A stretch of 64,000 nt of DNA from Thiotrichaceae bacterium. Its GTDB lineage: Bacteria > Pseudomonadota > Gammaproteobacteria > SZUA-140. The stretch is from NCBI GenBank assembly GCA_002401765.2, contig NVTY02000061.1, positions 5,051 through 69,050 of the forward strand, read 5' to 3'. Below are positions 43,161-54,817 of the stretch, one piece after another. Position numbers and translations under genes: made by a program. A model generated the notes under the pieces. It was not told the origin of the DNA. It ran no database searches and saw only the letters and a list, made by a program, of their open reading frames with translations. How positions within the stretch are numbered: the first letter of the stretch is position 1; every line of letters begins with the position of its first letter.

Positions 43161-43420
43161 CAACGAATCTCCATCAAAAATAACAACATGGATCATGCCG
43201 CTATTAAACCGCAATCTAATCATCTATTTTGTGAACAGCTATACAATTCCCATCATCAGCAATTAATCATTGAGATATTGGTGATATAAAACAGAGTCAG
43301 CAGCACTTGAAACAACTGCTTAACCTATTATATCGCTTGGCATTAATAATTCATTAATCGAAGTTTGTGGGCACGGTGGTGATACAGAAGGGATAAAGGG
43401 CCCGCCCTTACCTGACTGTA

Positions 43421-43804
43421 TTAGTCGGCTTCTACTAGCGTAACAAATGCAACGGCATACTTGTCTTCATCGGAGATTGAAAGATAGCTTTTGCCGATGT
43501 TTAAAGTCTGACAAAGTTCCACTGCTTTGCCACTATATTCCAGTAATGGCTTACCAAGATCATCATGCCCGACGCCAATATGAGATAAAAGCAGGCCATT
43601 ACGGAACCCACAGCCCATTGCTTTAGCGGTTGCCTCCTTAGCCGCAAAACGTTTAGCTAGAAAACCAGCCGGTCGATTGTGCTGTAGAAATTCTAGCCAC
43701 TCATTGGGTGTCAAGATGCGCTTGGCAAACTTGTCACCATACTGCGCTAAGTTTTTTTCCATTCGAGAAACACAGACAATATCGGTCCCTATGCCAATAA
43801 TCAC
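43421..43804 (-). CDS. acpS: Holo-ACP synthase
   Basis: GTG start overlapping the pdxJ stop; [23 protein letters not shown]. Confidence 0.96.
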   Translation of the reverse strand: MIIGIGTDIVCVSRMEKNLAQYGDKFAKRILTPNEWLEFLQHNRPAGFLAKRFAAKEATAKAMGCGFRNGLLLSHIGVGHDDLGKPLLEYSGKAVELCQTLNIGKSYLSISDEDKYAVAFVTLVEAD

Positions 43805-44538
43805 TGGCGCGCATCTCGCATCAGCCATTTCATTTCACGAACCGCCCCCTGTAATCCGGTAAATAGTGCACGTGCAATAATGGCGTGGCCAATGTTCAAT
43901 TCAACGATATCTTTAATGGCGGCAATGGGCGCAACGTTATGATAATGCAGCCCATGCCCCGCATTAACCTGTAGACCACATTCATGCGCATAGGCCACGG
44001 CCTCCTCAATTCTTTTCAGCTCAGCCTGCTGTTCATGCTTATCGACTAAATCAGCATAGTGGCCAGTATGGATTTCAATTATTGGTGCTGAACAGCGCAC
44101 TGCGGCATCAATCTGTTCATTATCAGCATCAATAAAAAGAGAGACCATTGAACCAACATCAGCGAGTGCCTTACAGGCATCAGCAATGTTGGACTCATTA
44201 CCGACAACATCCAATCCACCTTCAGTGGTTAATTCCTCGCGGCGCTCAGGTACTAAACAGATATTTTCAGGTTTAACCTTTGATGCAATTGCGATCATCT
44301 CTTCGGTCACCGCCATTTCCAGGTTCATCGGTGTTTGTAGAATATCTTTTAACATATGTACGTCACGATCCTGAATATGGCGTCGATCTTCGCGGAGATG
44401 AAGCGTAATTCCATCGGCCCCAGCTTGCTCTGCTTCTATCGCCGCCTGCACTGGATCGGGGTAGCGCGTTCCTCTTGCCTGACGAAGTGTCGCGATATGA
44501 TCAATATTAACGCCTAAAAAAATGGGCTGGTGTTTCAT
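43801..44538 (-). CDS. pdxJ: Pyridoxine 5'-phosphate synthase
   Basis: [34 protein letters not shown]. Confidence 0.98.
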   Translation of the reverse strand: MKHQPIFLGVNIDHIATLRQARGTRYPDPVQAAIEAEQAGADGITLHLREDRRHIQDRDVHMLKDILQTPMNLEMAVTEEMIAIASKVKPENICLVPERREELTTEGGLDVVGNESNIADACKALADVGSMVSLFIDADNEQIDAAVRCSAPIIEIHTGHYADLVDKHEQQAELKRIEEAVAYAHECGLQVNAGHGLHYHNVAPIAAIKDIVELNIGHAIIARALFTGLQGAVREMKWLMRDARQ

Positions 44539-44571
44539 AATATTAATTTACCTTTATCATATTTTGATTGT

Positions 44572-45363
44572 TTATGATTTAAATTTAGAGTCACGCAAGC
44601 CGTTTAGCAGCGAACGGCTATGCAGCGGCTTGCTACCGAGGTAAACAGCCAATGCAGCCCTCATCAAGCGTTTACTTTCACGCAGTGAACTAGCATCCCG
44701 AAAAGTCCCCTGCGCCAAATCCAATAGGCTCTTGCCGTGAATTTTAACAAAATCATTACCTTTTAAGGACTCATGGTAATCCATCACATGCTTAACTTGA
44801 TACTCATCAATGAATAGAGGCCCCTGCTCTAAAAAATAATGGTACAACGTGTCCGGCACCAAAGGCATGCCACTTTTTACTTCATGATCTAAAATTAATG
44901 CATATCCAAGTTCATTCAGCAGCTGTATTTCAAACCCCCTTAATGCAATCTGTTCATCAACTAAAAGTTGCGATGTGGATAGAGTACTCAATTTTTTCAA
45001 CACATTGAAGTAGTCCTGGAATAGGTCTGTATGAGGGTCATCATGATGCAATAGCCGTACTAACAGCTCATTGATGTAAAACCCGCTAATAAGTACTCGA
45101 GGATTTAATATAAATGGGACACCGTTATTTTCAGCCGCGGTTAATGTACCGAGCTCACCTCGAGAAACCCATGAGATAAGCAGCGGCTGGAAAGGTTGAA
45201 GCAAAGGTGAAAGACGTGATTTTGCCTTTCGAACACCACGCGCAACGACACTGATTCGACCGTAGTTTTCTGTGAACAGGTCAACAATCAGGCTGGTGTC
45301 TCGATACGGGCGTTGATGCAGAACAAAGGCGGGTTCTAGTTGATGCCGTGCAGGTGACCCCAC
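44572..45363 (-). CDS. recO: DNA repair protein RecO
   Basis: AFVLHQRPYRDTS, LQPFQPL, GFYINELL; era-recO-pdxJ synteny. Confidence 0.96.
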   Translation of the reverse strand: MGSPARHQLEPAFVLHQRPYRDTSLIVDLFTENYGRISVVARGVRKAKSRLSPLLQPFQPLLISWVSRGELGTLTAAENNGVPFILNPRVLISGFYINELLVRLLHHDDPHTDLFQDYFNVLKKLSTLSTSQLLVDEQIALRGFEIQLLNELGYALILDHEVKSGMPLVPDTLYHYFLEQGPLFIDEYQVKHVMDYHESLKGNDFVKIHGKSLLDLAQGTFRDASSLRESKRLMRAALAVYLGSKPLHSRSLLNGLRDSKFKS

Positions 45364-45371
45364 GCTAAATA

Positions 45372-46271
45372 TTACTCGGTATAACCTAGGTTATGTAACG
45401 CACGCGTGTCATCAGCCCAGTTTTCTTTGACCTTCACCCATAGCTTGAGAAACACTTTCGTTTCAAATAGTCCCTCCATTTCAAGCCGCGCCTGCTTACC
45501 TACTGCTTTTAGCATTTCACCATTTTTACCGATTACAATCATCTTTTGATTGTCTCGCTCCACCCATATCAATGCATGGATATGCAGTACCTTCTTTTCA
45601 AGTTTGAATTGCTCAATTTCAACAGTAATAGAGTATGGCACTTCCTGCCCCAGGCGCATCATCAGTTTTTCACGCACCAACTCCGCGGCAACAAAACGTT
45701 CGCTCTTATCAGTGACTTGATCTTCAGGAAAAAAAGCAGGCGAAGCGGGTAATAAGCCCGTCACCACGGACTCAAGGGATCCAACATTTTCACCCTTAAC
45801 AGCAGAAATCGGGATTATTTCTTTAAACCCCATCTTCTTCGACATCTCCTGGATATAGGGTAATAATTGCCCTCTGTCAGTCAATTTATCGAGTTTATTT
45901 AAAGCCAGAATAACCGGCGCCTCAACATTCTGAAGTTTTTCGAGTATTGCCTGGTCATCCTCCAACCAACGCATGCCATCAACGACAAAAACAACCACAT
46001 CAACATCATTAATAACGCTTGCGGCGGCCTTGTTCATATAGCGATTCATCGCTTTTTTACTGCCGCGATGCATACCAGGGGTATCAACGTAAACCACCTG
46101 CGTCGCACCTGCTGTCTTAATGCCAAGAATTTGGTGGCGCGTGGTTTGAGGCTTGCGCGTGGTAATACTAATTTTTTGCCCCAAAATTTGGTTCAATAAT
46201 GTTGATTTGCCAACATTTGGGCGACCAACAATTGCCACATAACCGCAATGATCTAATAACTCACTCTTCAT
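45372..46271 (-). CDS. era: GTPase Era
   Basis: GRPNVGKST, KPQTTR, DTPG, NKLD, KH domain. Confidence 0.98.
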   Translation of the reverse strand: MKSELLDHCGYVAIVGRPNVGKSTLLNQILGQKISITTRKPQTTRHQILGIKTAGATQVVYVDTPGMHRGSKKAMNRYMNKAAASVINDVDVVVFVVDGMRWLEDDQAILEKLQNVEAPVILALNKLDKLTDRGQLLPYIQEMSKKMGFKEIIPISAVKGENVGSLESVVTGLLPASPAFFPEDQVTDKSERFVAAELVREKLMMRLGQEVPYSITVEIEQFKLEKKVLHIHALIWVERDNQKMIVIGKNGEMLKAVGKQARLEMEGLFETKVFLKLWVKVKENWADDTRALHNLGYTE

Positions 46272-46965
46272 TTTTATTTAATAACTCTAGTGCATTCAAT
46301 GCAGCATTTTGTTCAGCTTTACGGCGGCTGTTACCCAAGCCAATGATTTTTTCATCGAGCCCATCCACCTCACAATTAACGGTAAAGTGTTGATTGTGCC
46401 CCTCACCATCGATAGAAATGATGGCATAAGCAGGCAAGAGCTGTTTGTTTGCCTGCAAATATTCTTGAAGGCGTGTCTTTGGGTCTTTTAATTCTTTGTC
46501 GGCACAAACTTCCTCTAGTGCTGCCTGATACAGATCTAAGATAAATGTTTTTGCTGCCTCAAAGCCACCATCCTGTAGCACCGACCCCATAATGGCCTCA
46601 AGGGTACCCGCCAAGATAGACTCACGTCGAAAGCCACCGCTTTTCAACTCACCAGGCCCAAGGAGAATAAAGTCACCTAAGTTTAACTCACGTGCCAAAA
46701 TTGCTAACGTGCTGCCACGCACCAGTGATGCGCGTAAGCGGCTTAATTTACCTTCATCCACCTGAGGAAACTGGAGGTAAAGCGCCTCAGCAATCACAAA
46801 ATTAAGAATGGAATCACCTAGAAATTCAAGGCGTTCATTATTCTTGCTGCCGACACTGCGATGTGTCAGTGCCGTCTCCAGGTAATGACTTTGCCTGAAC
46901 TGATAGGCAATGACCTGCTCGACCTTTTCGATTGAATAATTCAATTTAACAAATGCCCCATACAA
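46261..46965 (-). CDS. rnc: Ribonuclease III (true start may be a few codons downstream)
   Basis: ALTHRS, NERLEFLGDS, dsRBD DPKTRLQE. Confidence 0.97.
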   Translation of the reverse strand: MYGAFVKLNYSIEKVEQVIAYQFRQSHYLETALTHRSVGSKNNERLEFLGDSILNFVIAEALYLQFPQVDEGKLSRLRASLVRGSTLAILARELNLGDFILLGPGELKSGGFRRESILAGTLEAIMGSVLQDGGFEAAKTFILDLYQAALEEVCADKELKDPKTRLQEYLQANKQLLPAYAIISIDGEGHNQHFTVNCEVDGLDEKIIGLGNSRRKAEQNAALNALELLNKNEE

Positions 46966-46967
46966 AA

Positions 46968-47339
46968 TCAGAGCGTTATCTGGTCATTGAAGTGAATAAT
47001 CATATCAATATTACCGACTAATGGTTTACGCACCTCATAAATAATACTAATGGTCATTTCAGTTTTTGTCTTTTTAATTTCGATATGCTCTTGGTTTACA
47101 TTTTCTACATTATTGATAGAAAAACGCCGTTGCAAAAGCGTTTTTATCGCTCTTTTATTGAGTTCTTTAATATCTTCTTCATTGCTTAGTGACTCCAATG
47201 AAGTGCTGACATTAAAATGTTCCATGTAAACAGGAAAGAGCTTCAGTAGTATCATTACTGATAAGCCGATCACTGCAATGATAGCGATGAAACCACTGCC
47301 GCTTACGCCACGCTGTTTAGCCACTATTCTATTCATCAC
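46968..47339 (-). CDS. DUF4845 family protein
   Basis: KQRGVS pilin-like start, KLFPVYME, YEVRKPL; between lepB and rnc. Confidence 0.88.
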   Translation of the reverse strand: MMNRIVAKQRGVSGSGFIAIIAVIGLSVMILLKLFPVYMEHFNVSTSLESLSNEEDIKELNKRAIKTLLQRRFSINNVENVNQEHIEIKKTKTEMTISIIYEVRKPLVGNIDMIIHFNDQITL

Positions 47340-47357
47340 TCGCTCCCTTAGTCATCA

Positions 47358-48185
47358 TTAATCGATACTGCTACCAATTCGCCCCCAGGTAATTCCACCG
47401 GCTAATGAGTCCCAGTTCATCCAGATCATAAAGGCTTTGCCAACGAGATGGTCTTCCGGAACAGTACCCCAAAAACGACTATCATTACTTCTGTCACGAT
47501 TATCGCCCATTACAAAGTATTCAGCCTGAGGCACCACAAACTCACCTTCACGAGCACGTTGATCTTCAATTAAAATCTCATGCCTAGCAGCACCAAGCTG
47601 CTCAGTGCGAAGGCTTGCACCGGTTGAGGCTAATCCACTACCAATACCGACATAGCGGCCTACCTCTTCCTGAGCTACAGGCTTCCCGTTGATATATATC
47701 GTTTTATTAAAGTAGCCAACGCGGTCACCTGGTAGCCCCACCACTCTTTTAATGTAATCAAGCGAGGGGTCATTGGGGTAACGGAAAACAACAACATCAC
47801 CGCGCGCTGGCTGACCCAGGTCTAAAATTTTACTGCCGGTAACGGGCAAACGGATACCATAGGTAAATTTATTCACCAAAATGAAATCGCCCACTAGCAG
47901 CGTTGGCATCATTGACCCCGACGGGATTCGAAAGGGTTCTACCAAAAAAGAACGCATCACAAATACAATTAAAATAATCGGAAAAAAAGATTTCGCGTAT
48001 TCAACGTATGTTGGCTCTTTAAAAATTTCGGCCAGTTTTGCTTCATCAATTGGCGGTTTCATTGCTGCACGCGCAGTCGTTTCAGCTTCGCGCCTTTTCG
48101 GAGCCCATTTCCAGTAATCTAGCGCCCATAAAATACCACTGACCACCAGTAACAACAGCATAAATCCCTGAAAATCAAAATTCAT
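47358..48185 (-). CDS. lepB: Signal peptidase I
   Basis: IPSGSMMPTL, YIKRVVG, GDNRDRSNDSR. Confidence 0.98.
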   Translation of the reverse strand: MNFDFQGFMLLLLVVSGILWALDYWKWAPKRREAETTARAAMKPPIDEAKLAEIFKEPTYVEYAKSFFPIILIVFVMRSFLVEPFRIPSGSMMPTLLVGDFILVNKFTYGIRLPVTGSKILDLGQPARGDVVVFRYPNDPSLDYIKRVVGLPGDRVGYFNKTIYINGKPVAQEEVGRYVGIGSGLASTGASLRTEQLGAARHEILIEDQRAREGEFVVPQAEYFVMGDNRDRSNDSRFWGTVPEDHLVGKAFMIWMNWDSLAGGITWGRIGSSID

Positions 48186-48187
48186 TT

Positions 48188-49978
48188 TTACTTACCTGTT
48201 TTCAATACCGCAAGGAAAGCATCCTGTGGAATCTCCACTGAGCCAACTTGCTTCATCCGTTTTTTACCCGCTTTCTGCTTTTCTAACAGCTTACGTTTAC
48301 GGCTGATATCACCACCGTAACATTTGGCCGTAACATTTTTGCGCAGCGCTTTAACGGTTTGCCTCGCAATGACATGCGCACCAATGGCAGACTGAATAGC
48401 AACATCAAACATCTGCCTGGGGATCAGCTCCCGCATCCGTTCAGTCAGTTCGCGCCCACGAAACTGCGAGCGATCACGATGGACAATCAATGACAGCGCA
48501 TCAACACGCTCACCGTTGATCAGAATATCGAGTTTGACAAGGTCGGCAGCCTGAAAGCGCAAAAAGGAGTAATCAAGAGAAGCGTAGCCACGGCTCACCG
48601 ATTTGAGGCGGTCATAGAAATCCATCACCACCTCGCTCATCGGCAGTTCATAGCTCACCGCAACCTGGTTACCATGGTATAGCATCTTCTTTTGCACCCC
48701 TCTCTTTTCGATACAGAGGGTAATCACGGCACCCAAATGCGCCTGCGGGACAAGAATGTCGGCCTGAATAATCGGCTCACGAAATTCATCAATCATGCCG
48801 GGATCTGGAATTCGAGATGGATTATCGATCTTCAGCACCTCACCTTTCGTGTTCAAAATCTCGTAAACCACGGTGGGTGCCGTGGTTATCAATGATAAAT
48901 CATACTCACGTTCCAACCGCTCCTGAATAATCTCCATATGCAGCATGCCAAGAAAGCCGCAGCGGAAACCAAAACCGAGCGCCTGCGATGATTCTGGTTC
49001 ATAAAACAGAGATGCATCATTCAGACAAAGTTTAGCAAGTGCATCTCGAAAGTCTTCATAATCTTCGGCATTAATAGGGAAAAGACCCGCAAACACCTGG
49101 GGTTTTGCCTTCTGAAAATCAGGCAGTGCCGTTTCAGCCGGATTGCCAGTTAACGTTAGGGTGTCACCGACAGGTGCACCATTAATCTCTTTAATACCCG
49201 CGATAACATAGCCAACTTCACCGGCCGCTAGTGACGTTTGATCGCTTGCTTTAGGGGTGTAAATGCCAATACGGTCGATCTGATGACTTTTCCCCGTCGA
49301 CATCACCGTCACCTTATCTTTGACTGAAATCGTGCCCTGAACAACCCGTACTAATGACACCACACCGAGAAAATTATCGAACCAGGAATCGATGATTAAT
49401 GCTTGTAATGGCGCCTTCGGATCACCCTCGGGCGGCGGCACTCGTGCAATAATATCTTCCAGTAATAAATCGATGCCAAGCCCTGTTTTTGCGCTGACCC
49501 GAGTGGCCTCTTCCGCCTCAACACCAATGATCTCTTCAATCTCCTGGATCACGCGTTCCGGGTCAGCGGTCGGCAGATCAATCTTATTAAGCACCGGCAC
49601 CACTTCTAGCCCCTGCTCAATCGCGGTATAGCAAGTCGCGACCGTCTGCGCCTCAACGCCCTGAGAGGCATCAACTACTAATAGCGCACCCTCGCAGGCC
49701 GCCAGGGAACGCGACACCTCATAGGCAAAATCGACATGCCCCGGTGTATCAATAAAGTTAAGCTGATAGCGCTCGCCATCATTAGCGACGTATTCTAGGG
49801 TAACACTCTGAGCCTTGATGGTAATGCCACGCTCGCGCTCAATATCCATCGAATCGAGCACCTGAGCGGACATTTCACGCTCGCTTAAGCCTCCGCAGGT
49901 CTGGATCAGGCGGTCAGAAAGTGTCGATTTTCCGTGGTCAATATGGGCAATGATCGAGAAATTACGTATGTGCTTCAT
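48188..49978 (-). CDS. lepA: Elongation factor 4
   Basis: [36 protein letters not shown]. Confidence 0.99.
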   Translation of the reverse strand: MKHIRNFSIIAHIDHGKSTLSDRLIQTCGGLSEREMSAQVLDSMDIERERGITIKAQSVTLEYVANDGERYQLNFIDTPGHVDFAYEVSRSLAACEGALLVVDASQGVEAQTVATCYTAIEQGLEVVPVLNKIDLPTADPERVIQEIEEIIGVEAEEATRVSAKTGLGIDLLLEDIIARVPPPEGDPKAPLQALIIDSWFDNFLGVVSLVRVVQGTISVKDKVTVMSTGKSHQIDRIGIYTPKASDQTSLAAGEVGYVIAGIKEINGAPVGDTLTLTGNPAETALPDFQKAKPQVFAGLFPINAEDYEDFRDALAKLCLNDASLFYEPESSQALGFGFRCGFLGMLHMEIIQERLEREYDLSLITTAPTVVYEILNTKGEVLKIDNPSRIPDPGMIDEFREPIIQADILVPQAHLGAVITLCIEKRGVQKKMLYHGNQVAVSYELPMSEVVMDFYDRLKSVSRGYASLDYSFLRFQAADLVKLDILINGERVDALSLIVHRDRSQFRGRELTERMRELIPRQMFDVAIQSAIGAHVIARQTVKALRKNVTAKCYGGDISRKRKLLEKQKAGKKRMKQVGSVEIPQDAFLAVLKTGK

Positions 49979-50111
49979 TATGTAGATAAACTCAGAGCGG
50001 GAGTGATCCCGGAAATTCCAAAAAAGAAGGGGAATTCTAAACGATCCCCCCCTTTTCTTATATCATTTCCGCTCGAAAAAGCGGAAAAAGACGATTTATT
50101 GTCGTTATCGC

Positions 50112-51578
50112 CTATTCATCTTTCATAATCTTCAGCGCCAGAAAGACCGGACCACTGCGACGCTGTACCAACACGGGTACCGAACGTCCCTCTTCTAAGC
50201 CCTCCACAATCGCTTTAAAGTCCTCAATACCCTCAATATTCTGATTATTCATCATCACAATGATATCCCCTTTGCGCAGACCGGCATGTGCTGCGGGGCC
50301 GCGGCCGACGGAGTCAATGTAGACCCCCGATTTGCCCTCTTCAAGGGCCTCTTTTTGCATTTCTTCAAGCTCGGAGACGATCAACACCAGGCGTTCAATT
50401 TCAACCTCATTGTTAGGGTCTTTTTTGGCCATTGATCTGTTCAAATCGTCATCCAACGGCAATTCACCGATTGCCACATCAATCATAATCGCCTTCCCTT
50501 CACGGATGATCTTCGTTTCAATCGTTTCACCGACACGCGTACTGCCGACCATTGGCGGCAATGCCGATGAGCTGACGACCTCTTGTCCGTTGAATGCAAC
50601 AATCACATCACCGACCTTAATTCCAGCTGCCTCTGCCGGGCTTTCAGCAATCACTTTTGCAACCAACGCACCAATCGGCTTCTCCATTTCAAATGACTCA
50701 GCCAACTCACGCGTAACATCCTGAATCAAAATCCCGAACCAGCCGCGTGTCACTCGACCTGAATCCTTCAACTGATCCACCACATTCATTGCCATATCCA
50801 TTGGGATGGCAAATGAAAGCCCCATAAAACCACCAGTGCGACTATAAATTTGGGAATTAATGCCAATCACTTCACCGTCTAAGTTAAACAGCGGACCGCC
50901 TGAATTGCCTGGATTGATCGCAACATCCGTCTGAATAAAAGGGACATAGTTTTCGTTAGGCAAACTGCGCCCTTTTGCACTCACAATACCCGCAGTGACG
51001 GTGTGATCAAAGCCAAAAGGCGAACCGATGGCCAATACCCATTCACCAACCTTCAACGCCTGAGAGTCGCCGATTTTAACAATGGGTAAATCATCATCAG
51101 TATCGATTTTCAGCAGCGCCACATCACTGCGTTTATCCATCCCGATCACCTCAGCAATAAACTCACGTCGATCGCTAAGTCGAACGATAATTTCATCCGC
51201 CTCTTTAATCACATGATTATTGGTCAACACATAGCCATCAGTGGAAATGATAAAACCAGAACCTAGCGATTTAGCATCAAAAAGGTCAGGGCGACCATCA
51301 TGCCCTCCGCCCTCTTTATCACCAAAAAAACGCTTTAAGAAATCATCAAAAGGGGCTCCCGGTGGAATACCGCGCGGTCGCTCAGGCTGTCCACTACGGG
51401 TTACTTTCTGAGAGGTACTGATATTCACCACGGCAGCACTGTGCGTTTCAACCAAACCGGTAAAGTCAGGCAACCCCAGCCTGTTTTGTGCCGCCCAGCT
51501 ACTATTGATAGTGACGGCCAACAACATGAGTGTAAATGCAATAAAGGAAGCCGCCTTTATCGTCACCAAATTTCTCAT
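50112..51578 (-). CDS. degP: DegP/MucD periplasmic serine protease
   Basis: TNNHV, SDVALL, NPGNSGGP, two PDZ domains; in the rpoE operon. Confidence 0.93.
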   Translation of the reverse strand: MRNLVTIKAASFIAFTLMLLAVTINSSWAAQNRLGLPDFTGLVETHSAAVVNISTSQKVTRSGQPERPRGIPPGAPFDDFLKRFFGDKEGGGHDGRPDLFDAKSLGSGFIISTDGYVLTNNHVIKEADEIIVRLSDRREFIAEVIGMDKRSDVALLKIDTDDDLPIVKIGDSQALKVGEWVLAIGSPFGFDHTVTAGIVSAKGRSLPNENYVPFIQTDVAINPGNSGGPLFNLDGEVIGINSQIYSRTGGFMGLSFAIPMDMAMNVVDQLKDSGRVTRGWFGILIQDVTRELAESFEMEKPIGALVAKVIAESPAEAAGIKVGDVIVAFNGQEVVSSSALPPMVGSTRVGETIETKIIREGKAIMIDVAIGELPLDDDLNRSMAKKDPNNEVEIERLVLIVSELEEMQKEALEEGKSGVYIDSVGRGPAAHAGLRKGDIIVMMNNQNIEGIEDFKAIVEGLEEGRSVPVLVQRRSGPVFLALKIMKDE

Positions 51579-51605
51579 AACATCTCCCTTGCCTTTGATC
51601 AACGG

Positions 51606-52106
51606 TTACTCCTGCCGATTGAGCGCAGGGTTACTTTTAAATTCAATGCGCGTTTCACTCGGTACGTTACGCAATATCTCTGGCTGACAAACATTTTGCT
51701 GGCGGAGATTCCTTGTATAACGACGCAGCCAGATAAAACCAGCCGCAAGACCTAGCATCGCGCCAAGGATGGTAACACCTTCAGATTCCCCTCCCCAGAA
51801 GCGAGCATCGATCATTTCACCGATTCCAGCACAAAACAACATCAACAACAACGGCACTACATAGGCAACAAACGAGCCTTTTAATAACCACGCCTCATCG
51901 ATGCCAATCACCACTTGCTCGTTAACCCTGGCATTGCTGTGGTTCAGCGCTTTGAGTTGAACCGCTTGCCGCCCAAAAACCTTACTTACCGATGCCGTTC
52001 CACACCCTTTATTAACGGCGCATGACTCACAGGTAGACTTCCGCTGCGTTTCCACTAGCGCATAATCACCTTCAATGGCGACAACACGTGCCTGTTCTTC
52101 AATCAT
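51606..52106 (-). CDS. rseC: RseC/MucC family protein
   Basis: MIEEQARVV, CESC...GCG. Confidence 0.93.
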   Translation of the reverse strand: MIEEQARVVAIEGDYALVETQRKSTCESCAVNKGCGTASVSKVFGRQAVQLKALNHSNARVNEQVVIGIDEAWLLKGSFVAYVVPLLLMLFCAGIGEMIDARFWGGESEGVTILGAMLGLAAGFIWLRRYTRNLRQQNVCQPEILRNVPSETRIEFKSNPALNRQE

Positions 52107-52116
52107 AATGGTTCAC

Positions 52117-53124
52117 TCAATGGCTATTCACAGCCGTATGATGGACTGATTCCCCAATCAATTCTAGCGTAGCAAGCGGTACCTCGCCCATCACGACCAC
52201 CTGGTAATCATCATTTCCAGCAAAATAGGCGTTCATCGCACCGCGCTGAGAGACACCATTAAATGCACCATTTTCTGCTTGTTTTTCGATAAAGATAGAA
52301 ACAGCGGCTAAACCGTCAGAAAACACGATATGCTCAGCAGGTGACTGCGGCGGATTTGTGCTACGTCGATAACTAGCCAACTCAAATCCTGCGGGTATAA
52401 ATTTCACCGCCCAGTTTTGAGTGCCGTGGCTATTTGATGGTGGTGGTTTTAGCCGCGCTTTATCTGGCATCGTGCGTTCGCTGAGCTGGTCCAACATCAA
52501 CCGAACATCAACGGGAATCGTCTCTCCAAAAACCTCGATGTTTGAGTAGATCATCTGTTCAAGTACCTCACCGTTAACGGCTAAATGTTCTGATTTGAGC
52601 AAGATACCACTCTGCTGATCAATCCACATGCGATAGCCATAGCGGTATTGGTCAAGCGGCGTAATCACAAGTTTCTGGCTTGCCCTGCCCGCAATGCGTG
52701 ACACCTCCGCCAGGGTTAATTGATAATAATGCCCAATTTCATCAATGCGATCATGCAAAGATTTCTCAGCTTTATGAGTGGCCTGAGCGTTATCAGATCG
52801 TAGCGGCGTATCACTATCCGGAATCAAACATTGCACATAGTGAGGGTTTCTAATCACCTCACCAGGTGCACCATTCTGAGAGCTTAAATACTCCATCATA
52901 CCGTGGTCACCCTTCGCTCTAACGATATTCATCGCCACCATTTCATTTTGATGGCGATAAACAAAGGATCCTCGATAACTGGCAGAATGCTCGGCTTTGA
53001 TCATCTTTTGTAGCCAGCCTTTTACAATCCCCGATTCATCTGCCGCGTAGCTGATGCCGATGGGCGCCAGAAACACCATAATTAACAAGGTTAGACGTCG
53101 AGAAGCAGGCGACATGGCAATCAA
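52117..53124 (-). CDS. rseB: RseB/MucB sigma-E regulator
   Basis: YRGSFVY, RIAGR, DQYRYGY, FSDGLAAVSIFIE, VMGEVP. Confidence 0.93.
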   Translation of the reverse strand: MIAMSPASRRLTLLIMVFLAPIGISYAADESGIVKGWLQKMIKAEHSASYRGSFVYRHQNEMVAMNIVRAKGDHGMMEYLSSQNGAPGEVIRNPHYVQCLIPDSDTPLRSDNAQATHKAEKSLHDRIDEIGHYYQLTLAEVSRIAGRASQKLVITPLDQYRYGYRMWIDQQSGILLKSEHLAVNGEVLEQMIYSNIEVFGETIPVDVRLMLDQLSERTMPDKARLKPPPSNSHGTQNWAVKFIPAGFELASYRRSTNPPQSPAEHIVFSDGLAAVSIFIEKQAENGAFNGVSQRGAMNAYFAGNDDYQVVVMGEVPLATLELIGESVHHTAVNSH

Positions 53125-53200
53125 AAATGAAGGCGATTAGGATTCATAACGACACAGTATAGAACTTATATGCAGGAAATAGGTATTGAATGAAAAATAT

Positions 53201-53878
53201 TTACTGCCTCGCCTCATAACCCACCAGGCGCACGTACGGAAGCATTGCCCCTTGCGATGGCATCGCTATCGAGTGCTCATTATGGCTGATGATATAGCGG
53301 TTAAGCTTCTCCGCAGGGATTGGTGAATACGGGTAACGACTTTGCACGATAGCAGGCTCTGGCGTCTCCTGATGGCGCCATGAAATCTCATCTAAAATGG
53401 GTGCCGGTGTCATTTGAGGCTGATGCGCAACCGTTATCGGGGTCATCATAGGCGGCAGTGACGCCTCCTGATTGACCTGAAACAAGCCCACCATTGCGAT
53501 CACGCTAATGGATGCCGCGATGGCATAGCCAAAAACAGGACTTTTAATCTGCGTAACAGCGGCTACCACATTAGTGATGTCAGGATTATCCGTTGTTGCT
53601 TGAGTGGCTGCGCCGCCCTGGTGTGCAGACTCACTGGCAATCGCCGCACTGATCTTGGTTGAGAGATCGGGATAAAGCATATCGGGCAGATTATGGCGCA
53701 TCGCCTCGCCAATCAAATGGTATTGATCCCAGCTCACACTACCACTGCCCGCACTCACCTCGGAGATTACTGCTACGTACTCTTCTCGACTAAGTTCACC
53801 ATCGACCATCGATGAAATTTTTTCCTGCAGGCTGCCCGCCGCAGTCTCTGATGCCGTCTCTACTTTTGACATATTCAA
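53201..53878 (-). CDS. rseA: Anti-sigma-E factor RseA/MucA
   Basis: EKISSMVDGEL, WDQYHLIGEAMR, TM AIAAS, LNRYIISH. Confidence 0.92.
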   Translation of the reverse strand: MNMSKVETASETAAGSLQEKISSMVDGELSREEYVAVISEVSAGSGSVSWDQYHLIGEAMRHNLPDMLYPDLSTKISAAIASESAHQGGAATQATTDNPDITNVVAAVTQIKSPVFGYAIAASISVIAMVGLFQVNQEASLPPMMTPITVAHQPQMTPAPILDEISWRHQETPEPAIVQSRYPYSPIPAEKLNRYIISHNEHSIAMPSQGAMLPYVRLVGYEARQ

Positions 53879-53907
53879 TACCTAAGTATGCGTCTAACTC
53901 GTCTGCT

Positions 53908-54483
53908 TTAATTCAAAAGCGTTTTCAATTTACCTTGTATCGTCTCTCGAGCCCTGAAAATTCGTGAACGTACCGTTCCTACCGGGCATCCCATCACCAC
54001 GGCAATCTCTTCATAACTCAAACCTTCAAGCTCTCGTAGCGTGATCGCAATACGCAAATCCTCAGAGAGTCCTTCAATCGCCTCAGCCACCACACGCTGA
54101 ATTTCATCTTTCAACAACAAGCGCTCTGGCGTGGCCTGATCCTTAAGTTCCACGCAGCTTTCAAATTGCTCTGCATCACTCACATCCAGATCAACACTGG
54201 GCGGCCGTCGCCCTTGTGACACCAGGTGGTTTTTTGCCGTATTGACCGCAATCCGATACAACCAGGTGTAAAATGCACTCTCCCCACGAAAATTGGGGAG
54301 CGCCCGATAGGCCTTGATAAAAGCCTCCTGGGTAACATCCTGCACATCTGCCGAGTTATTGAGGAAGCGAGAAACCAGCGCAACAATACGATGCTGGTAT
54401 TTTTTTACAAGGATATCAAATGCTTGTTTATCACCGCCTTGTACGCGCTCAACCAGATATTGATCGGCTTTATTATCACCCAT
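53908..54483 (-). CDS. rpoE: RNA polymerase sigma-E (AlgU-type)
   Basis: DVTQEAFIKAYRAL, FYTWLYRIAVNTAKN, GTVRSRIFRARE; likely start ATG at 54483. Confidence 0.97.
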   Translation of the reverse strand: MGDNKADQYLVERVQGGDKQAFDILVKKYQHRIVALVSRFLNNSADVQDVTQEAFIKAYRALPNFRGESAFYTWLYRIAVNTAKNHLVSQGRRPPSVDLDVSDAEQFESCVELKDQATPERLLLKDEIQRVVAEAIEGLSEDLRIAITLRELEGLSYEEIAVVMGCPVGTVRSRIFRARETIQGKLKTLLN

Positions 54484-54533
54484 GCGGACAGGCCTCAAAA
54501 GCAACATCGGCCCGACTACGCTCACTCATCTCC

Positions 54534-54560
54534 ATAGACAACTTAAATATTATTTGGTTC
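54534..54560 (-). promoter_or_regulatory. Putative sigma-E autoregulatory promoter
   Basis: Minus strand GAACCA-N16-TCTAT, close to the GAACTT-N16-TCTRA consensus, 51 nt upstream of the rpoE ATG. Confidence 0.6.
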
Positions 54561-54817
54561 AGAATTTATTGAAAGATTTGTTTGAATCAATTGATCTTTA
54601 CCGCAAGGGCTTAAAATAATAGTAATATATTTGCAGTCACTACTCCAGCGACTAACGACTGGGGGCGAATATACCCGACATTTCAGGTCAGGCATAGCGC
54701 CAGTTTAAATTGCGCATCTGTTTAAACCATCACTCAGGCGGTCAACGTCAACATACGGTATAATCACTATTATCAAGCCCCGGCTATCAACACCATCTTA
54801 GTAAAGTACACATTAAT

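Noticed and set aside
37012-43250. CRP/FNR-like TGTGA half-sites upstream of both convergent operons (about 37013 and 43230)
   Set aside because: The second half-sites are poor and the regions AT-rich; likely chance matches.
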